This document shows positions 22,329 to 35,671 of a DNA stretch of 64,000 bases, piece by piece (position 1 is the first letter of the stretch; every line of letters starts with the position of its first letter). The stretch comes from Podarcis tiliguerta (taxonomy: Eukaryota), in assembly GCA_965153285.1 (NCBI GenBank), contig OZ229111.1; one strand, written 5' to 3'. Position numbers and translations under genes: made by a program. A model generated the notes under the pieces. The model had not been told where the DNA came from. It was given only the letters and a program-made list of their open reading frames with translations, and made no database searches.

Positions 22329-23988
22329 GTAGGGACTCTCATATTGCTTGCTGAACACCACCACTAATGATAGACACCCTGCAAGGAACTATTTACTGTA
22401 CTTGGGCCAAGTAATGATTTATTTCTGAGCACGTAGATGTGCATTGCAGTTCATATTTTTGATGGGAGCAGTTGCCAGAACAGGTTGTCTTGCATCCATA
22501 GTTAATGCAATTCCGAGACTCTGGAAGACTAATCCCATGTGGTTTCTACAACTCCGTGTTGCTCTTGACTCCAGGCCCATGCTGACAGATGGGAGTACCT
22601 TCAGTAGTGACTTCCTCCCTACAGGGATAGCCTGGTAGATGGCATGTGTGCTATGTGTTCTGTCTCAAGGCATCTGTTATCCATGGAAAGTGTTGGGTTC
22701 CTCTACATGTCTTTCCCTTCTCACTGACATGCGTTCACTGTTATGATTGTGCATTGTTGCAAAGTACCAGTTGACTTTGCCAAAAAGCTGCTCAAGCTGT
22801 CTCTGCTTTTCGATGCTGAAAGTGTCTTTGAAATTTTGGAAAGCTGATCACGTACCCCAAGCAATGAGATTCCCTTTCTGGCCAATATGCAGTCAGAACT
22901 AGTGAATGCATAAAAAGTGCTGCATAAAATGCATAAAAGTGTTGCCTTAGTCTTATCAAATCTTATGGCAGTATTGCATCTAAATAGTGCTAAACAAAAA
23001 GCTGTTTAATTTTTGCTTGAAAAGAAGTGATTCTTTCTCTCTACACCCCATACCCTATATTCATGGCTATTTGCAAGTATTCTTCCCCCAGTGCCACCTT
23101 CTCTGTTGTTTCAGTGGTCATATTTCTGTTTCAACCCTATTCTAGTGATCAAAGACAAATCCCAATGGTCTTCCCAGTAGCACAGTCCACTTGCAGTTCT
23201 TCAGTGGGAATATGCAGAAAGAATTAAATGGTGAGGACCATAGTATTAACTTGACAGTCCTGATGAAAATTGTTGAGCTATCAATAGCAGCAGTGATCTC
23301 CTTTCTGGAATGTTGTTCAAAACCAATTCTTCATAGTGCATGGAGCAATGCTACTCATATTAAAATGTGTAGGAAAGGACTTGCTCTCCCTGTGTGCTGC
23401 CAGGTTTGTGACAAATGAGCATAAATTCATATGATGGTTGAATCACTTACTATATGTGATAGTCTGGGTATAGGAGCAAGAAAAACTAATGTGATCAATG
23501 ACTGAAATATTTCAGCAATAGCAGTTGTTTGGTGGTTGTAATTTTTATTTAAAACCTTGTAAGAAAAAGGTTTAAAAATGAGTATCTTGTATGTTTAACA
23601 AAACTAACACCACAAAAATCAGCTGCGTGTGACTGGGTAATAAGGTTAGGCAGTGACAGTGGTACGTTTTCTTGATCATTCAAGCAAGTCCCTCCAATGC
23701 CTTTTTTGCGTCTGAAGGATGCTTAATAAAGCTGTGCTGTGTACCACAGAATGAGTCCCAGTCCATTAGTCTTTTGGCTGCTTTCAGTTGACACATCGGC
23801 TTTTCAGCAAAAGCAAGTGTCCAAACCAATTCATACTAGGTTTCTAATGACAATCCTCCCAGAAATATCCAGCACCTCACTGCCACCAGGACACCTTTAT
23901 ATTTATTGCAAATTGTTATTTGAATCCTCGTAACCATCTAATAAAGGTTATGCAGCCAAAATTCATTGTGTCATATTCCCAAATAATA

Positions 23989-24177
23989 TAGTCGTACCTC
24001 CGCTTACGTATCTCTCTGGTTACATAAACTTCAGGATATGTAAGCGGCAAACCCGGAAGTATTTCTCTGGGTTTTTGCCACGTGCGCATGCGCAGAAACG
24101 GTCTTTGCGGTTGCAAAAACCTCAGGATCCGGCCGGACCTCCGGAACGGATCCCGTCTGCAAACGGAGCTACCACTG
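23989..24177. mobile_element. Tc1/mariner-type MITE
   Basis: TA-TAGTCGTACCTCCG...CGGAGCTACCACTG-TA. Internal cccggaagta and ggacctccggaac are shared with the 44216 copy. Confidence 0.8.
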
Positions 24178-26977
24178 TACTCAGCTCTTCTAGGGACATT
24201 ATGGTTACATCTGATTTTGTAAACTATAGAAATAAGTCCCTGGAGAGACTTTGGTGCATTTACCAGCAGGTGCTCCAATGGGGCAAGGTCCCTGGGTGCT
24301 TTTTATTGTCTGCAGAACTAGAAGTAAATGCACCACCCAATACTTTCTTTGTCAATTCACAGGTTACTAGATCATCTTCCGGGTTTCTGTTCAGTGGGTA
24401 AAAGCAGTTCAACTTTCTAATGACTCATTATGTGCCTCAACACCCCCTTTGCCCCTCCACATTTATATTAGCAGTATCATCAATATCAAGTGATCAGCAT
24501 GACAAACACCATTTTCATTGCTAGTTATAATAGCATAATCAACACTACTGTTCATATGCCTGCACGTGCATGAAGGTAAGGTGCGGGTGGGAGTGGCAAT
24601 GCAGTGGCAAGACCTGTTCCTTAGCCCTATGTACACTCATTGTCTGCACTTTTCTATGCACATATAGGTGGTATGTGTGGTGGGGAACCCTGCAGAAAAA
24701 AAGTTGCTAACACCAAAGTGAGTGTTGTTCTGTCTTAAAAGGCTTTTACATCACTGTCCTCAAACACTGGCGTGAAAGGGTGAATTGTCAGGCAAACAGT
24801 AGAACTGAGCTTTCACAATGTGCTGGCTAGTATGTAAATTAAGCAGGAAGAGCTGCACGTATCTGTGGGCTTTGTAGGGATTGGAGGCAAAAAGACTAGA
24901 GAACATGGGGTCTGTTTGGTGAGTATAAATGTTTCCTCTTGGGCGGGCAGTGGGGGAGGAAGAGCCTTGTGCTGAAAGTAAGGTAGTACGCTAGGGTGCA
25001 AAAGTAGTATATTGTGGAAGAACTGCTAGTATGCCAGGAGAAATTAATTAATTAAATGTTCCTGTGAACAGAAAGCGCCAGCTTATAAAGGAGGCAGCCC
25101 ATTCCACCTCTGCTTGTGTCTTTCTCTGATTTTCCTACTTCCCAGTTACTCTTATCAGGTTTAATTCTGTTGTATCTCTGTATGATCCAAGGATGAAAGC
25201 TGAAGGGTTTCCTGTTTGTGAAGTAGCAGGGCTTTAAAACAAGCAGGCCTATTATACATCAGAGGCATATAAACAGAGCACAGAATGTTAATATCCAAAT
25301 TGCTGATTTTAAATAAGCCAGCAGTGCTGCTAGGGAGCTTGGGCCATGGAGTAACATTTTGTTTGTTGGTTTTAATGGAATTCCAAATGTGATTTCAAAG
25401 TGGACATACTTGCATCCATGAAAGTGCTGTGGAATACTCAGGTTGGTGGTGGAGGCTGAAATGTGAAGCAGGAAATTGAACATAAGTTCTGAAGTTTTTA
25501 AAACATTGTGACTGTGGAAAGAGAGAGCAGGGTGAAGAATCAGTTGTTAGCCAGTTGCCAACAATCTTTCAACCTTCTATCCTGCTCTACTCTAGGCATG
25601 TCAAACTCAAATGGGTTCAGGGGGTCCAACGCTTCTCTGAGCAGATGCATTGGGTCCACCCCAATAATATTGTTGCCACGACCACCCTGGTTTCGACTGG
25701 CCATTCAGCTCCAGTGTGCTACCCCAACATTTGTGCCACTATGCTCCTTGTCTTCCAGTTACCTCTCATTTCTCCAAGCACCTGAGCAGTCCTTGTTCCC
25801 ACCATATAAACCAGGGTGGAAAGCTTTTCTTTCTGTAGAATAGGAGTGGGGTTCCATGACTTGAGTCTAGCAGTGTTGTCCAATTAGCACAAGGACTTCC
25901 CCCACCCCGGCACCCCCCAATCTGTTCCAAGGGTTTGCCCAACCCTCTGGTGCAGAAGTGGAAATCCTGTTTTGCTGGTGGAAGTCCTTTTGCTCACAGG
26001 ACAACATTTTTTGATATGACCCCTCAGGCCTAGGACTGAATATAGCCCTCTGAGTGTTGTCTTTTATTGTCTTTACTTTGGGGTACTTTCTAGGCGGTGA
26101 TCTCTCTCTGTGCCCACATCCCCCCCATTGACCTTGCTACTTCCCCTCCTCAAGTAACTTAATTGCTTTGATGTAGAGGTGTGAGGGTTTATCATCATTT
26201 CTTATCACTTGCCATCACTTCTTATTGGTTAGGAGGGAGAGAGCAAAGCTGTTAAGTCTTCACCTTTTGTTCACCAGTATATTGCCTTATCACTTACCAC
26301 AATGTTATTTCAATAACAACGTTACGGCAATTTATAGCACAGCACTGCTTCCTACAACAACCACTTCAGTCCAACATCCTGAACATTCCCATTGTTGCAA
26401 TTGAGGCAGCTAAAACTCATGTTTGTTTTCCCAGGAGCAAAGGGAATTGCTGCCTCTGCAATTCACATCAATTTTGCCTTGGTAGCCTATGCTATCCTGG
26501 CATATTCCAAGTACCATATTCGTTGACCGCTGTGCAGCTAATTTAAATGGAAGTGGGGAAGAAACTGGTGTTGAGGTGTGTGATAGCAGTCACTGGAAGG
26601 TAAAGCTCTCTTTCCCCAGCTAAGGAGAAGCCCTGATGGTGTGAAGTCTGTTAACTGTTATGGGCTATACTGGAGATCCCAAGTAAGGACACAGGCCTCA
26701 GGCCTCATTTAGAATTACTGAGGAAGACAGCTGTGCAGTTAGGAGCAATATGGATTCTAAACACCTCAGAACATGAGGGTTTAGCCTCTGCTATAATAAC
26801 TGACCCAGCAATACATCTACTTTCCCCCCTACATAAGTAGGTAACTGTTTTTCATTCCTATACAGAAGACTAAAGTACTGTATTGTGGGAAAGAACCAGA
26901 GGCTTGTTTGGATGGGTGGATGGAGGAGAGTGCCACAGGAATATTTCTCTCTCTGTGTTTGTGTGTGTATACACACA

Positions 26978-27137
26978 CCGTATTATTCTGTGTATAAGAT
27001 GACCCCATGTGTAAGACGCCCCCTATTTTGGGGGACTCCAAATTAAGAAAACACCCCTCAGCACTACCTGTGTATAAGACTAGCCCCAATTTTAAACATA
27101 ATTTTTTGGTAAAAACTAGTCTTATACACGGAAAAAT
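26978..27137. mobile_element. Mariner/Tigger-like MITE
   Basis: TIRs ccgtattattctgtgtataaga / tcttatacacggaaaaat with repeated gtgtataagac. Confidence 0.7.
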
Positions 27138-27210
27138 GTGTGTGTGTGTGTGGGAGAGAGAGAGAGAGGGAGAGAGAAAGAGAGAGAAAGAGAGAGAAAG
27201 AGAGAGAAGG
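27137..27210. repeat. (TG)n-(GA)n compound microsatellite
   Basis: Direct reading. Confidence 0.9.
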
Positions 27211-28866
27211 AAGAGGATAGGAAAGCTAGAATGAAGAGGTGGCTGAAAGGGATAGAGTGTACTAGAAAGGGATGAGGCAAGATACTGGAACATTCCTTTC
27301 ACCTCAGCCTCCTTCCTGGTATTTCATGGGCCTTTTTTTTTTTGCTAACAATATATACTGGTGGTGATAAAAACAGAGCTACAGTAAGGTTTGCAGAAAT
27401 ATATCTGGAACAGCAAGAAGGATTCTACAAAATGTTTTCAAAGGAATCTCGATCTCGATTTAACCTATATGTTGGGTGTGTAAGGCAAACTTTACGGCAG
27501 CATTCTGTTCACCAGCACTTTTTGTGAACTGTGTTGCCTTTCCTTGTGCATACACTGCTACCACACCAGAGGTCTGGCTTGCATGTGCAGGGGCTGATGG
27601 CCTTGTTTAAATGTGAAGCTGGTGTATGGAACACCCCATGGCTGAATTCTGTCTTGCCCAGCGTTATGTTTAAATTGGGCCTCTCTCTTTAGGAAATGGT
27701 TCAGGCGCTTTGCGGAAGTATTTGCATACAGCTGTATTGGCAGTGTTGTTAGGGAATGTGTTTTGTTTTGTTTTGTCTTTTTGTTTAGAGGGGAAACTGG
27801 TTTGGCAAGATTATTTTGTTTGTTTCCATTGCCTTTAGATCTATAACCTGCCTTTTTTACATTAAGGAAATACATTAACTCTGAGTAACTTTATGCATTT
27901 TAAATTAAACAAGGGTTTTGGGTCTTTTATGTAAGGCCCAGTTCATAAGACCATGAAATTACACAGAAAGGACACATGGACTAATTTTTATGGCATATAG
28001 TGAGGTGGCTGTGCATTTTGTTTTACTGCTTAACTAAGTCCTGATTTCCATTGCGCATTGACAGTTGTTTGTGCCCACATAATAGATGTACATCTATTGA
28101 AACATTAGGAACTGGACATGTAGTAAAAAAACTCATTCTGTACACCTACATTCATTCCTTTTAAGGTAATATGAACTGACCTTCAGTCTTGGGCAGAAGG
28201 ATTAATTGGGTTGTTTTGCATGTTAACTATAGAGGATGTATAAGTGACTCCTGCAGAGAAAATGTGCGAGTTCCCCTTCACACAGTGCTTGGATGCATGG
28301 AAAAAGGATGTGTGACTCACACTATTCCTGCGTCTTGGTAATGTGCAGAATAGTTTATACACTTGCCTATTCTAGGTTTAATAAAAAGTATTGGGCTGTG
28401 GTTTGTGTGTGTGTGTTCAGTAGATAAGAGATCAATGATAAAACCACTGTAATCTGACTGTTGTAGCTTTGAAACCCAAATGATCAATTTCCGTTTGCCT
28501 TTCTTAATTTTTTCAGAAGTGGGTAGATATGCATATGTCTTGCTTGAAATGTGAAATGCCCAAATCTAGGATCCACAAATATTTGTATCAGTTCAGAAAA
28601 AAAAAACCTATGCATGCTTCTCTAGCACATATTTCACATAGTTGTGTAGAAGGCATGTACAGCATAGCTGAGATCTTAAAAGGGTGCTCTAGTTACACTT
28701 CAGAACATAGTGGAGACAGCTGCCAATGCCAGATAAAACCATGAAACTGTGATACCACAGTCAGTGAACATGCCAGTAGTTTTGCATGAATTGTTATTGG
28801 GTCATATTTTCCTTTATTTCTTGAGAATTAAAAAAAATTCAACTTCCTTTCCCCCCTTGTCTTTAG

Positions 28867-28980
28867 CATCAAGAGATCCCCCCAACCACTTGAGGAAGAT
28901 GAAGATAAGGACCAGCGAACAGTGACCATCAATCCTTGTCACATGGGAAAGGCATTCAAAGTCATGAATGAACTAAGGAG
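28867..28980 (+). CDS. KLHL3: KLHL3 coding exon 2
   Basis: IKRSPQPLEEDEDKDQRTVTINPCHMGKAFKVMNELR; tag|...|gtactt; 114 nt. Confidence 0.95.
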
Positions 28981-29241
28981 GTACTTCTCGTGCTCAATTT
29001 GCATTGTCATGCCCTTGCCGCTTGTTAGTTTGAACAGGAGGCATCTAAGCTACATATTTACTTTGTAAAAAAGAGGTTCCGTTCAAGCATTGCTTTGAAG
29101 CAGGGTTGTGTCTCAAAATACAAAGTTCTGTGTCATGTCAGTCTCCCAGATCACACAGGTAGTTCTCACACAAGGATGGTGCTTTTATGCTAGTGTGGAA
29201 AGTTCTTAAGTTATTCAGATCAGTTGCTTGATGCAAAACTT

Positions 29242-29421
29242 CATAGGAACATGAAGAGCCTGCTGGATCAGGCCAGTGGCCTATCTATAGTTCAGCATCC
29301 TGTTCTCACAGTGGCCAACCAGATCCTTGTGGGCGAAACCATCAAGCAGGATTTGAACACAAGAACATTCTCCTCTCCTGTGGTTTCTAGCAACTGGTAT
29401 TCAGAAGCATTGCTGCCTCCA
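29242..29421 (-). mobile_element. CR1-type 3' end fragment
   Basis: cataggaacatgaagagcctgctggatcaggcc...gcatcctgttctcacagtggccaaccagat. Confidence 0.75.
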
Positions 29422-30416
29422 GTGTTACTGATGTGACGTTATTGGTGTGAGTGTTGTGATATTGAAGTCAGCCACAGGAGGATATCAAGCATATTATAAG
29501 TATGATGTTTGAAATGGCTTGGAATTATTCTACTTGGAATTATTCAGTACAAATCAAGATAGCTGACAGGTTATTCAGTAGAAAGAAGCAAGCATAGTAT
29601 TATATGTTTGGAGGCCTTTGCTGTTGCTTCCCTTTACACAAACATGCTTGTGGCTGCTTTGCTACAAACAAAATATTTTTTTATAAACCCACTTAAACAT
29701 TTTCAAATGTTCCCACAGTAAAAGAATCTCTCTTTAAATAAAAAGAATGCTCGGTGTGCTTTTTCATTTGGTGCAAATCACCACATAATCAAGATCTCCA
29801 GAAGATCAAAGCTATTTAAAAAGTGATAATCTAGTGTTACACGTATTACAACACCTACGTTTAATTGCAGAGAAAAATGGTTAGTGCAAATTGATTTCTG
29901 TTTGACTACCAATCCTTTTGCACACCAGTTAGAAATTTCATGTTGGCTAAAAGAGCCTGTTTAGGTTCCTATGTTAGTCTACTGTTAAGTCTATTTTGTT
30001 TTAAATACCACAATTCCTTGTTCAGTCCATCATTGGCCCCACATTTGTCTATAAAAATTGGCTCTAGGGTAAACAATAATCATGTATGTAATTAAGATAG
30101 GGGTCTGTGTGTCTGAGTTTGTCATCTTTTCTTGAGCTTAATCTAATTACATATCTGCCTGCCATACATTATTTAGAGATGCAGTAAATAAATCCAAAAT
30201 GTCTCTGTTGTGCCCAGGATAGATTAAAGAGTTATTTGTGGGTCACATATTTATTCCCTGCTATCCGATGAGATTTAGTTTCTCATACATAAAAGTGCTT
30301 GACTTTGATTGGCTCATAGCAGATTTGTGCATATCAACATGTGCAGCAAAATCTTATTGTATTGCCTATGATATAGTGTATACTATATGCAGATCCCCTA
30401 GGAAACATAAATTCAA

Positions 30417-30534
30417 GGCAGCCATTTTGGCTGCCTTCCTGCAGCCAATTGGAAGCTGTGCCTTGGTTTCCGGACATTTTGGAAGTTGAATGGACTTCCA
30501 GAACAGATTCCGTTTGACTTCAGTGGTATGACTG
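30417..30534. mobile_element. Partial MITE of the 20494 family
   Basis: Contains cctgcagccaat and a single TIR ending ggtatgactg. Confidence 0.65.
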
Positions 30535-32775
30535 TTCTTGAATTGCAACACACTCTGACCAGGACAGGACTATAGCACTCTTCAGAGGTGGCTGCGGAAT
30601 TGCTGCAGATGCTATAATGCATAAAGGCTTGCCACCAAATTGCTGGGCAAAAATTCCTTGATAATGATCCAAATGGTGATGTGCTTTTAAGCGTTATGGC
30701 AATGCTATCAGATGAACACATGGAACAGCAGCTCCCCACATCATGTCTGTAATGTCAAAAGGGGCATCAGCATTATGTGAAGAGTCCTACACCCCCCCCC
30801 CCTCGTTATCTTGGGGCTGATAGCTTCTACTTCTAGTCTGCTGTCACAGAACAGGAGGGGACTGGAGTAAAGTTGCTTATGTGCCTGAGCACTTGGCTGC
30901 CTAAGTTATGTGGAATATGTACTTGGAGTGATATAATATTAGCTTATTCCTTTTGTAACTTGAGTGCAGTGGGGGATAATGGGGGAGCGTATGACAGTGC
31001 TGCTCTTTGTGGAAACTAATGGCTTCTCTTGTGCATGATGCCCTTTTGAACATGTAAGACTACAGCTGCCCTTAAGCCTCTGTTGTCTCTTTCCTTGTGT
31101 GCTTATTACCAATTTATGCTTTTGGCTCCCTGCTGCTGCTGAGCTGTAGTAGAACTAAATTGTGGCATTTGCTTGAATGCCTTAAATCTGTTGTTTTTAG
31201 CAAAGGCTGATTTCCATGGCAATATTACGCACATGGCAAGTCTGGACCAGTGAGAACTTAATGATGACTGGGGCTGGGGGGGGTGCACTTTACTCCATAT
31301 GTATGTCTGCTGGGTTAGCCAGTGGCCATTCCTGTAGGAGGTCAAGAGGCCACAAATGCATCGGGTCCCTTAGTTTATAAGATTTCAGGCAGAGTCCCTT
31401 GCATTCCTCTCCTCCCCACACTGTAAAGTATATAGTATTATGTCAATAACAGGTGCTTCCACCTTCCCATTTAGCTTGGAGTTCCTGGACTGGCTAGTAT
31501 CAGTGATAGCAGCTGTGCTTTGAGCCTTCGCTGTCACAGAGGATGAACTGAGAACAGGTGGCCCTTGTCCAGACATGGTGACCTTGGTAGTGGAAAGCCA
31601 GCAAGAGGCCTCCTTCTTAGCTTAACCTGTGGAGTCCCCTGCTTTCCCTAGCTGTTGTGTAGTGTGCTAGACTTGTGTGCTGCAAGAACCCTAGTGGCTG
31701 GAGGCTAGTGTGCGCTATGTGGCTAGGATGCTATTTTAGGGGATCAGTGGGAGGTGTATGGGGCATGGGAGGGAGGAGAGTTTCCTTACCCCTTTCTATT
31801 GTGTTGCCTGCTCTTACTATTCATTCTCCGTATCTGCTGCCTCTCCACCTGGGATATCCCAGTGGCAAGTCCTTTTTGTGTGTAGCATCCCCAAGCAGAT
31901 AATGCACAATTTGAGCTACAGTGGCCTTTGCTGCTGCTGCCCACTCAGTCCCTTTGCATACCCCTTGTACAGGGAACATGTACAAACTAGAAAGGCTGGG
32001 AGGGAAATAAGTTGCCAACACCTGCTTCTTGGCAGCCATCACAAATGGTCTCTTCCTCCTAGCAGGCCTACTGGTAGCAGGCATGGCAGTGTTGGGAATC
32101 ATCGGGGGGGGGGGGACTGGTTCTCTACCATTCGTGTGTGGTCTAGCCTCAGTTTTGAGGACAATGCAGGAGGTTTGAGGTAAGTGTATGTACTCTTTGG
32201 GGGTAATTTTTTTTGGAAGGGCTTGAAGAGGGAGGAGACTCAATGCAAGACAGATGAGGCTACTGCTGTGTTACCAACTGCTTTGAATAAAAGACAAAGC
32301 CCCTCCAAAGATGTTTCTTCGTGCTATTCCCATTTATTTAAAAATTACTTGACATCCAATAATGGATTACTGGTCTTAAGACACCTACACATAATTACAG
32401 AGGGAAAAAACCTTTTGCATAAGCTGTAGATATAAATATATTCAGCTCAGTATTCATCAAAATGGATGAGGGGTTTTTTTTAACAGTTCTTTGTATGTTT
32501 GAACACTTGGATCTTGAATTCACCCACATATTGAAATAAGATTTGCGAGACTATAACCTTGAAATCTAGCTAAATTGTCATGTTTGTTAATTAAAAATGA
32601 ACTGAATATCCCAGAGGGCTGCCCATAGAGGCTACAGCAAGCACCTCCCCATCCCCCTTAATAGTGCTGTATAGCAGAAGAGTCATTCAAGGAAACTAGA
32701 CCATTTCAAGTCTGCATATAGAAAGCGCAGTTTGGAAGCATGTTCTGAAACCATGATTTTTTGATGTCTTCACAG

Positions 32776-32882
32776 CAAGCGGCTTCTCTGTGATGTGGTG
32801 ATTGTTGCTGAAGATGTTGAGATCGAAGCCCATCGTATTGTCCTGGCAGCCTGCAGTCCGTATTTCTGTGCAATGTTTACAG
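32776..32882 (+). CDS. KLHL3: KLHL3 coding exon 3 (BTB)
   Basis: [35 protein letters not shown]; 107 nt; AG/GT. Confidence 0.97.
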
Positions 32883-34287
32883 GTATCTTTGGGCGTTTGA
32901 GCAAATGTTATTTGCTGATTAAAATATATTTGGAGTCAAGCTATGTTTTGGGTGCTAGTGTAGGGTGCAGATTCTAAGATGCAGATTAGTTCTATTTGGT
33001 ATCCATTAGGGTTTGAGTATAGGCCTCTGACTGTTTTTAAAGGTGTTCTGTATGTGGGGCGGGGGGAAGGAAACATGAGGTTTATAATATACTATGTGAA
33101 CAGCCATTTGTGTGTGTTTCCAGATAACGTATCCTGCATTAGGAGTATTCATCCCAGACTTGATTCTACTGGTGAGGCATGTCAAAGATCGGAGTAATCT
33201 CCATAATGGAGACCATTTTCATGTTAAGGCTGCCATGGGCCCGGGCTCAAGTTTGTAGTGAGCCTGAGGTTGAGATTTGAGGGATATTTTGTGGGGATTC
33301 AGCCTGTGTGCTGCCACTGATTCCTGCAAAAACACCACCACATTTACTTTGCCTCCCTTTCTTTGCTTTGTCTCACTCTCTGTATGTAGCAGCTTTAACA
33401 TGTGAACTAGTCCTTAGGAATTTTGCTATAAGAGAACAAAAGACACTGCATGGGGAATAACACAGATTTCTGAATGACTGTTTTACAGAAAATGGTTTGG
33501 TAATTAATTTAATTGTGGAAGTATATAGCACCATTAATATATTTTTACATCTGATAGCTTGCTTTTGAGGTAAGGTGTGGATTTTCTGCTTTTGCAATAA
33601 CCATTGCAGTTGCAAACCATAGTTACTTTCCTCCTTGTTTAAGTGGTGAGTGGTAAAATAGACAGACACCTGTGTACTCATCTCATTTGACATGCAACAT
33701 GTGGGGTCCATGTAGGGTTTTGCTTTTAAAAAAACACTTCTATGTAAGACACTTGTCTTGTGAGAATTGGCCCTTAGAAGTAGCAAGGTGCTAGTTTAAA
33801 GTGCATTTTAATAGCTGTGCTGATACTACTTGTTCAGGTTGACTCCTGCAAAGGTGAAATGTAGGTAAGGACCTAAATTAGTGAGCAGTTGGTGGATCTG
33901 GCTCTTTAAGGACGCCTTCTGGCCCCAGAGTGAAGATGGAAGAGGTTGGGACCTAATCCTAATCATCCCTGGGTCACTTTAAATTAAGGTGCACCTGTGG
34001 CAACCACTTCTGTACTAATCTTAATTCAAAACAGCAGGACAGGGGAGGTGAAAGTCATGTGGTTGCCATGCTACCATGCCATTATCCCTTTCTGCTTCTT
34101 GATTAACAATAAACTAAGTTAAAAGATGCTTATGTGGTTGCCAGGCAGTGACACATGTGATTGCCCCTAGTTCATCCCTTTTCCCTTTTAATGCTCACTA
34201 CGGAAGCCAGTATGAACTTGTAACAGCAGCCTCTTCACAGTCTTTCTTGGCCTAAGATGGCAGGAACAGAGGAAAGATTCTAGTAAT

Positions 34288-34458
34288 GCATGTACTTTGT
34301 AGCCAGAAGGTTCCATCCCTGGGATCTCTAGTTAAATTAAACAAGTGAAGGAAAAAGGCCTTCCTCCTTGCCTGAGATTCTGAAGAGCCACTGCTAGTCA
34401 GAGAAGACTGCAGTGGGACAGATGGGCAAATTTTCAGACCATGTATGAGACAGCTTTA
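34288..34458 (+). mobile_element. Old tRNA-derived Squam3-like SINE
   Basis: Diverged relative of 37947-38131 (gagccactgctagtcagagaagac...gatgggcaaa). Confidence 0.55.
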
Positions 34459-34464
34459 GTATGG

Positions 34465-34702
34465 GTTCATTTATTTATGAATTCATAATCTGTACTTCCA
34501 TAACAAAAATAGCAAAGGGGAATACTGTATATAAAAACAAAATCAACAGAAATATCAATGAAAAGGCATAATTGGTTAAAATAAAAGAAATTCATGTTGG
34601 AGAGGCCTGTCTAAACGAAAGACATCTAAAGGCAAGGAGGAATGGTTCCTGCTGAACCTCTACTGGTAGGCAGTTCCACAGGGCAGGGCCTGCCACCCTA
34701 AC
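34465..34702 (-). mobile_element. Old L2 3' fragment
   Basis: atttattta tail and aggcagttccacagggcagggcctgccacc, a typical antisense L2 ORF2 end. Confidence 0.5.
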
Positions 34703-35246
34703 AGTTCCTTTCCAATTACTATACTTCTTCTACCAGTGAATGAGATCGAGGAAAACTGTGACCCCCCTCAGTTCAGTGTTTGGCCCACAGGCCAGTTCAG
34801 TACTGATTTAGTTGCTGACCTCTGACCTTCAGCTGCATAAAATGACAGAAGAGAGGGGAAATTATACAACAATTTAATAAAACCTAGTCTCAAGCTTTCA
34901 AGCACAACTGATCTAAAGTTAGAGATACTCAGCTATTGTACGAATACATCAAATGCACAAATAGCTCAAAAGAGCCTTGCCTGACATCAGCGCTCTCTCT
35001 TTCTATAGCACTTATAAAGAAGAGCCAGCAAAAATAAATTCAGTATGAGCTCAAACGCCCACCCTCAAGCTGCTCCCTCCATGGATGGGGTTGCAGCTTG
35101 TGCAAATAATAAGAGATTGCAAATTTTCCCTCTTGGTAAGAGGACCAATTGCAGCTCCTCTGTTACAGCCCCAAACAGCTACCTATATCTAGGACTGTAT
35201 ATATTTCACAACTAAGCAATCACACCGTATACATTGAGTTGGCTTG

Positions 35247-35444
35247 CATATTACACCGATCCTGGCTGGACTACACTGGCTGCCAATTAGTTTCTGGGCC
35301 CAATTCAAAGTGATAGTTTTGACCTATAAAGCCTCAAATGGCTCAGGACCGCAATACTTCAAGGACCGCCAAACCCCTCATAAATCAATCCAGACCCTGT
35401 GATAATCATGTGAGGTCTTTCTATGTGTGCCTCCTCCACGAGAG
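35247..35444 (+). mobile_element. L2 fragment closely matching 16611-16803
   Basis: Direct alignment by eye. Confidence 0.85.
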
Positions 35445-35537
35445 ATACGGGTATTTCAATCTTTCAATAAAAAACAAACAAACAAAAACACTTGGTATTT
35501 TGCAACATGAAAAAGCAGGGGATGGTATTTCTTAAAA

Positions 35538-35671
35538 CAGACATGGCAAACCTTTGGACCTCCAGAGCTTGTTGGATTTCAACTCCCATCATACCCAGCC
35601 AGCATGGCCATTGGTCAGTGATGGAAATTGTAGTGCAACAACATCTGGAGGGCCACAGTTTCCCCATCACT
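35538..35671. mobile_element. hAT-type palindromic MITE
   Basis: cctccaga...caactcccatcat...gatggaaattgtagt...catctggaggg. Confidence 0.7.
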
